In this document: positions 56,506 to 64,000 of the stretch, piece by piece
Position numbering within the stretch: position 1 is the stretch's first letter
Layout of the letters: the number at the start of each line of letters is the position of its first letter
NCBI GenBank assembly: GCA_030295235.1
Contig: AP026131.1
Coordinates: 744,001-808,000, forward strand
Reading direction: 5' to 3'
Length of the DNA stretch: 64,000 nucleotides
Source: Fistulifera solaris
Taxonomy: Eukaryota
Program-made: the position numbers and the translations under genes
Notes under the pieces: generated by a model
What the model was told of the DNA's origin: nothing
Database searches by the model: none
The model's input: only the letters and a program-made list of their open reading frames with translations

Positions 56506-59500
56506 TTAATCGAGTTTCTTGCCTGCCGTGGACAGAGGATCGATTTTGCTCTCTCGATCCAGCAAGTAAAAGATGCGTCCGATACTTTTCTTCACTTCTG
56601 TTGTGTCCGCTGCATCTTGGAATGCCGCTCCGAGACCAAACAAAGAAAAGAGAATGGCAAAGTTCGAGATCAAAAAGTCCTTGAAGCCGTACGTCTCCGG
56701 AAAGGTAAAAAGCAAGTAACCGCCGAACCATAGTTGAAGCGCATTTACCCATTGCTGAATAAACATCGACAAACCGGCCATGGTACCACCCATAAAAGCA
56801 TCGCGTCGGTGGTTGGGTTCTGCATTGAGTAAAGCTTGTTTGTAGTTCTCGTATCTCGCGTTCTCTAGGCATAAGGCTGAAACAGTTCGAATGTTGAGTA
56901 ACGTCTCAACAACAATCCCACCCGGCGAATTGAGCTCGTCTGCTGCATTCACATTGCCAATGTCCTCGCCGAGAAACGTTTTCATCTCGATCGACGTGGC
57001 GAAACCCATGACGGGAACGCATCCTATTGCGAGCAGAGCAAATTGCCACATGAACTGATCGGAAATAACCGCACGTGAGATAACGACGCTACTGATTCAA
57101 ATGTCTACCACCACCACACACTTACAACCAAAGAAATCGTAACACCCGTGAGAACCGACGACAACGCAACAATCAGCTGGCGGATTGGTTCACCACAAAA
57201 AGCCTGAATACGAGCGGCGTCATCTTGGAGTTCAGAGGTAACGCGACCAATACTTCTCTTGTCGAGAAAAAGGCTACATCCTGTCGGATGATTGCAGTAA
57301 ACGCCGAGTCGCGAACCCGCTTGCTAAGGCGCTCGCTTGCATGTCCGAACCCCCAAAAAACAAGAATGTTACCAATGAGGCACCCTATGAGTAGGCACAA
57401 CCAATACACAGACACCTTAAATGAACCATCTTGAATCTCATCGGCGACAGACTTCCAGTAGTCCTGACACGAGCCGAAGCCATCAATGACATCACCATTG
57501 GCATCGGGACAAACTTCAACACGTCGAAAAAGCAAGTCAATCGTTTCCGAGAAAATGACACCCCAAGCGGGGAACACACCACCCGCTAATACGGCACCGA
57601 TACTTCCAATCATAATGAAAAACGCATCTGGAGATGCAAGACGGCGGGCTCTAGCCGCATCAAAAGCGCTGGCCTGCTCTTTCTCGATTTCACTTTCCCA
57701 GTTAATTTCTTCCTCAACTTCTGTTGACGTATCGCCATCTGCTTTACTACCATTAAGAGTTGTCAAATTAGATTTCATTCTCGAAGAATCAAAGAGGCGC
57801 TTGTATAATCCGTGGGGTCTCGAAATCAATTCATCATGGCTGCCCTGCTCCAGCACCTTGCCGTTTCCAATGTAAGCGATTGTATCAGCATTTCGGATTG
57901 TGGAAAGACGATGCGCAATCACAATCACCGTCTGGGAACGAGATTCCATCAATTTATCGATCGCCGCTTGAACGACAGCTTCACTTTCATTGTCCAAAGC
58001 ACTTGTTGCTTCGTCCAAAATGAGTAACTTGGGTTTCTTCACAAGCGCCCTTTACGATCAGAATAAACGCCGCACGTCAGTATTGATCGAGCGATAACAC
58101 AACATGACAATGGATATAAAACTTACCGAGCAATTGCCACACGTTGCTTTTGTCCACCGCTAAGCTGTGTTCCACGTTCGCCTACTGGCGTATTGTAACC
58201 TTCGGGAAAGGTCATAATGAAGTCGTGTGCGTTACTTTGCTTCGCAGCCTCTTCAATCTCTACCTGCGTCGCACCCGGAAAGCCATACGCGATGTTACCC
58301 GCAATGGTATCGTTGAACAGCGTAGGTTCTTGGCCCACGTATCCAATCTGGTCGCGATACCAGGACACATTCAGAGCCCTGTGGTACAATGTATTACAAT
58401 GAGTACAAATGTCCAGCACATCAACAAAACGATATCTCCAAAACAATTCAACTCACTTCAAGTCAACACCGTTGTAAAGAACTGAACCTTCCAAGGGATC
58501 GTAGAAGCGCTCAATCAGACCCACGGTGGTTGATTTGCCACCTCCCGACGGACCGACCAGAGCAAGCGTTTCACCGCGACGTATTTTGAGACAGAAGCTG
58601 TTAAAGACGCGCTTCTTTGGTCGTGTAGGATAGGCAAAGTTCACATTGTGGAACTCAAGGTGTGGTACATCGTCGGAAGCGATGTTGGAAACAGCCGACT
58701 CATCCTCGTTCGACACCAGCGCTGTCAAGTCAACCGCACTTCCACCGCGCGAAGATGGCTCAGAATCAGTGCCTCCACCTTCCTGCTTTTGAACTAACCG
58801 ATAGTAATATTCCTTCAACGCAAGAAGCTCATCGTGCGTCCCGCTTTCCACCACTTTACCTCCCTGAATAACGTGGATCTTATCAGCGTTACGAATCGTC
58901 GACAACCGGTGAGCAATGATGATTGTAGTGATCTTTTTCTTCTGCAAAATACTGTCCAAGGCATCTTGAACCACAAGTTCAGACTCAGCATCAAGCGCAC
59001 TGGTGGCTTCGTCAAGCAACAGAATACGGGGATTGCCGACCAAAACACGAGCAATCGCAATACGTTGCTTCTGGCCACCCGAAAGCTGCGATCCCTTGTC
59101 TCCCACTTGCGTGTCGTATCCGTCCGTGAAAGCACTGATGAAGTCATGTGCATTTGCCATGCGAGCCGCCTCTTCCACTTGTTCATCAGTAGCGTCGGGG
59201 TTACCATATCGAATGTTGCCTCGAATCGTGGTGGCGAACAACGTGGGCTCCTGACCGACATAGCCAATCATCCGACGCAAATGTGTGACATTGTATTCCT
59301 TCAAATCTTTCCCGTCCAACTCGATTACACCAGAAAGCGGATCATAAAATCGTTCCAGAAGCGAAACTATAGTTGACTTCCCTCCTCCACTACTTCCAAC
59401 AAACGCGACGGTTTGTCCAGCTGCGATTTCGACGTTCATGCCGTTCAAGATAGGGTCCCCGGGACGAGTTGGGTAGTTGAAGTGCACGTCTTTCACATTA

Positions 59501-60850
59501 ATGCTGCCTGCTATCGATTCCGGTTTGAAACCTGTCGTTGCTGTGGAATCGATCTGATACTTCGGAAGAATGGCTTTGAGAACTTGCTCAACCTCTTCCG
59601 ATGACTTGTTGGATTTCGCCGAACGTGTCGTCATGCTCAAGGCGTCATCTTTCGGCTTGAAGATTTTCTTTTCAGGAGCGCCGGGCAAGCGGTTGATCGT
59701 TTGCAATGCTTCGTAGACAGCCACTCGTGCTTGGGTAAAAGCCTCACTAAAGTTTCCAAATTGAGATACACCTTGGGCAGCGAAGGCCACACCCAACATT
59801 GACCCGAATACTTCAGGCCCAGTAGAGTCGCACGAAACAGCGCCAGCAACACCGGCACTTGGATCGCAGCCCGTGTCATCTATATCACGATAAAACAAGG
59901 CAGTACCGTAAAGCGACAAGATTGCATATAGACAAAGAAACGAACCCATCATAGAACCTGAGTTTATGAAAGCCGCGTCAGAGCTGCGTACGTGTCAAAG
60001 CTTTTAGGAATAATTCAATAAACTCACCATTTGCAAGTCCGATCTTGAACAGCATAGACGTCGACATCCTTTGAGCCTCGCTCGTTGCTTCTTCATACTG
60101 TCGGATGAACGACGGAATGGCGTTCAGAGACAAGACTGTCCGAATCGACGAAACCGTGGTGTAGGCTACAGAACCAGCTTTACTATAGGCTTCCGCCGAC
60201 CTGGTTCCTTTTCCTTGATTGAATGTCATGACCGCCATCGCCGATGCGCAAACAAAAGGAATAACGCAAAGAACCACCAATGCCACTCGCCAAGACGAAT
60301 AGAATGCGTAGGCGAGACCGAAAATACCCGTGCAAAGAAACTGAATGCCTTCTCCGAATTTACGCCCCAGTCCACGTCGAAATTTGTTGGAGGCAGGACC
60401 GACTGCATTTGCCGTAGCTGCTACATCATGGACGTCGAAGTAAGCCGCATCTTGCCTTAAGAGGGCTTTAAACCACTTCAACCGAAAGTTCATGCAACCT
60501 CGGTAGGCGCATATTTCAAAGCACCATCCTTGAATAAGACTAGCGACAAGTGCATACGTTCCCACAATCATAAAAGTGTACGCCAATTCTCTGACTTGTG
60601 CCAGACCGTCATTACTTGCCGCCGAAATATCCGAAAAACTGCTGCTAAACAAATAAGCCAATGCTGGATAGACCATACCGTTTGCAACCCCCGCAATAGC
60701 ACCGACAGCGAATAGTAGCTGCGTTGAAAGGCCGCATTCAAAGACAAATCGGAGAGTCTCGCTCACGGAGGCTTGCGGAGGTGGGCTCTTCCGACCCTTG
60801 GAAGATTCACCTTGGCTCGAAGTCTCGACAGATGTGTCTTTTACGGCCAT
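56506..60850 (-). CDS. Full-size ABCB (MDR/P-glycoprotein-like) transporter with TMD-NBD-NBD-TMD order, copy 1
   Basis: TMD1; NBD ([28 protein letters not shown]); NBD ([28 protein letters not shown]); TMD2; stop. Introns 59958-60027, 58379-58456, 58050-58126, 57055-57125; small indel ~57266. Confidence 0.92.
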
Positions 60851-61542
60851 CCTGAATCAAACTGTTTTGAGATGCCGAAGAACAACAAGCTATGAACCAA
60901 TTTCCAATAGAAATGCTAATCTTTAGTTGCAATGTGTTGATATGCGTCGTCGCCAGCTCGCTGCACTGTCAATAACAAGCTTTGGAATGAAAAACAAAAG
61001 CAAGCGGAGAGGGAAAAATGGCGGACCTCGCTCTCTCGCGCTCGCGCTTCGGAACAGCCAAGAACATAATCTTCGGTACAGTACTGTAAACCGAACTGAC
61101 GTGTCATTGTGTCGTAGAATCACAGTATCATCAATACTGAATATTGGCTATAGTCTATTGAGTAGTGGCTTTACACACGACACGTCAGAGTGAGAGGTGG
61201 GACGTGGGACTTGCTTGCTAGCGGTAACCTTACTTGAAACGTGAGTGAGACTCAAAAATCATCGAAGCTTATTGCTACTGTGCTTTTTTATTGTAACGAC
61301 TAACGACTAGCAACTCCAGCCGATGGCAAAACTACTCCGTATCAAAAAGGAAACGGAAGATTGTTTCTGCGAGGAAATCTTTCTGTTATGCAGTATGAGA
61401 AAGAACGCTCTACCTGGCACGGACTAGAGGAGTCTCTTCGCGCGTCAGCGCATAAAAGATAAAATGCGGAGCAATTTCTTTCGTTTGAAAATACGGAGTG
61501 CGCAAATAATAATTGAGACTAGAAGGTTCTACGGTTGCATCT

Positions 61543-64000
61543 TTAATCTAGTTTTTTGCCTGTCGTGGAAAGGGGATCGATTTTGCTTTCTCGATCAAGC
61601 AAATAAAAAATGCGCCCGATGCTCTTCTTCACTTCTGCCGTATCCGCGGCATCTTGGAATGCTGCACCGAGACCGAACAAAGAAAAGAGAATGGCAAAGT
61701 TTGCGATCAGAAAGTCTTTGAAGCCATATGTCTCCGGAAAGGTGAAAAGCAAATAACCACCGAACCATAGTTGAAGTGCATTTACCCATTGTTGAATAAA
61801 CATTGAAAGACCAGCCGTAACTCCTCCCATGAAAGCATCGAAGTTGTGATTGGGTTCTGCATTTAATAGGGCTCGCTTGTAATTCTCATATCTTGCGTTC
61901 TCGAGGCATAGGGCCGACACGGTTCGTATGTTGAGCAAAGTTTCAACCACGATTCCACCTGGTGAGTTGAGCTCATCGGCTGCATTCACATTGCCAATGT
62001 CCTCGCCGAGCATGGTTTTCATCTGAATAGACGTGGCGAAACCCATAACGGGAACGCATCCTATTGCGAGCAGAGCAAACTGCCACATAAACTAAATATC
62101 AAAAAGAATGGATAAGAGAAAAAATTAGTGAGGATCAAAAAAGTGCTGTTTGCGTTTCAATGAAAGTACTTACGATGAAGGAGATGGTGACACCAGTGAT
62201 GATAGATGACAAGGCAACAATCAGCTGACGAATTGGTTCACCAGAGAAGGCCTGAATACGAGCGGCATCATCTTGAAGTTCAGACGTAATTCGCCCGATG
62301 CTTCGCTTGTCGAAAAAGGCAACTTCTTGCCGAACAATCGCATTGAAAGCCGAATCTCGAACTCGTTTACTGAGACGTTCGCTTGCATGTCCAAAACCCC
62401 AGAATACAAGAACATTGCCGATGACACAGCCGATGACAAGACATAACCAGTATATTGCAACTCTAAATGATCCGTCCTGAATTTCGTCCGCAACAGACGT
62501 CCAGTACTCTTGACAAGAGTCGAAGCCATCTATGATATTTCCGTCAGCATCTGGGCACACTTCAACGCGGCGAAACAATAAATCAATCGTTTCAGAAAAG
62601 AGAATGCCCCAGGAGGGAAATACCCCGCCTGCTAACACAGCCCCGATACTTCCAATCATAATGAAAAATGCATCGGGGGAAGCGAGACCGCGGGCCCTGG
62701 CAGCATCAAAGGCTTCGGCTTGTTCTTTTCAATTTCACTTTCCCAATTGACTTCTTCCTCTTCTTCTGCTGAGCCCTTTGAATCTGTTTTACTAGCATTA
62801 AGAGTCGTCAAAGTAGATTTCATTTTTGAAGAATCAAAGAGGCGCTTGTATAGTCCATGAGGTTTCGAAATCAATTCATCGTGGGTACCATGCTCCAGCA
62901 CCTTGCCGTTTCCGATGTAAGCAATTGTATCGGCATTTCGAATAGTGGAAAGGCGATGTGCGATAACGATGACCGTCTGAGAACGAGATTCCATCAATTT
63001 ATCGATCGCCGCTTGAACGACAGCTTCACTTTCATTGTCCAAAGCACTTGTTGCTTCGTCCAAAATGAGTAACTTAGGTTTCTTCACAAGCGCCCTTTAC
63101 AATCAAAATATACTCCACACGTCAGAAGTGACCAGCTAAAGAAAGGCCTATCGAGCGAAATGCGATTACGTACCGAGCAATTGCCACACGTTGCTTTTGT
63201 CCACCGCTAAGCTGTGTTCCACGTTCGCCTACTGGCGTATTGTAACCTTCGGGAAAGGTCATAATGAAGTCGTGTGCGTTACTTTGCTTCGCAGCCTCTT
63301 CAATCTCTACCTGCGTCGCACCCGGAAAGCCATACGCGATGTTACCCGCAATGGTATCGTTGAACAGCGTAGGTTCTTGGCCCACGTATCCAATCTGGTC
63401 GCGATACCAGGACACATTCAGAGCCCTGTGGTACAATGTATTACAATGAGTACAAATGTCCAGCACATCAACAAAACGATATCTCCAAAACAATTCAACT
63501 CACTTCAAGTCAACACCGTTGTAAAGAACTGAACCTTCCAAGGGATCGTAGAAGCGCTCAATCAGACCCACGGTGGTTGATTTGCCACCTCCCGACGGAC
63601 CGACAAGAGCCAGAGTTTCACCGCGACGGACCTTAAGGCAGAAGTTGTCGAAAACGCGCTTCTTCGGTCGTGTAGGATAGGCAAAGTTCACATTGTGGAA
63701 CTCAAGGTGTGGTACATCATCGGACGCGATATCGGAAACAGTCGCACCCTCCTCGTTCGATGCAAGAGCTGTCAAATCCACTGAGCTGCCACCACGCGAA
63801 GATGGCTCAGAATCAGTGCCTCCACCTTCCTGCTTTTGAACTAACCGATAGTAATATTCCTTCAACGCAAGAAGCCCATCGTGCGTCCCGCTTTCCACCA
63901 CTTTACCTCCCTGAATAACGTGGATCTTATCAGCGTTACGAATCGTCGACAACCGGTGAGCAATGATGATTGTAGTGATCTTTTTCTTCTGCAAAATACT
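61543..64000 (-). CDS. ABCB transporter, tandem copy 2 (5' part outside the window), same NBD-NBD-TMD C-terminal order
   Basis: Paralogous to copy 1 at an offset of ~5047 bp with the same intron positions; ends [19 protein letters not shown]; indel ~62730. Confidence 0.9.

Noticed and set aside
228..63918. Numerous antisense and alternate-frame ORFs of 60-190 aa in the ORF track
   Set aside because: They overlap well-supported genes and lack recognisable motifs; they are expected shadows of coding sequence.

Overview
Eukaryotic, gene-dense nuclear DNA from a photosynthetic stramenopile, most likely a pennate diatom. Evidence: short GT-AG introns, many bipartite plastid-targeting leaders (signal peptide + A-F motif), and diatom-style HSF and PPR genes. 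About 28 protein-coding genes are recognisable, including an aldo-keto reductase-like protein, FadE-type acyl-CoA dehydrogenase, RluA, PIG-L, an M43 metalloprotease, BioA, plastid IF2, a KNL1/Spc105-like kinetochore scaffold, a GT14 glycosyltransferase, a SAMHD1-like dNTPase, a methyltransferase-riboflavin kinase fusion, a soluble-transhydrogenase-like flavoprotein, uL4m, HSF and two tandem ABCB transporters. Roughly 17 single-base frameshifts, nearly all in homopolymer runs, indicate an incompletely polished long-read assembly, so several ORFs must be joined. Most unusual observations: (1) the complete ABCB gene has a rearranged TMD-NBD-NBD-TMD order, and the partial second copy shows the same NBD-NBD-TMD-stop end; (2) a ~1.1 kb intergenic field holds 13 different exact 7-bp tandem duplications; (3) a 2.7 kb satellite of 216-bp units has a 1365-bp higher-order repeat and is built from a palindromic CAGAATTTCTG core; (4) a ~380-bp degenerate fold-back element lies between divergent genes; (5) two unusual domain fusions (methyltransferase-riboflavin kinase; secreted 2OG-oxygenase-like + DOMON + His-tract). 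No rRNA, tRNA or CRISPR array could be supported. All calls are by eye, without database searches.
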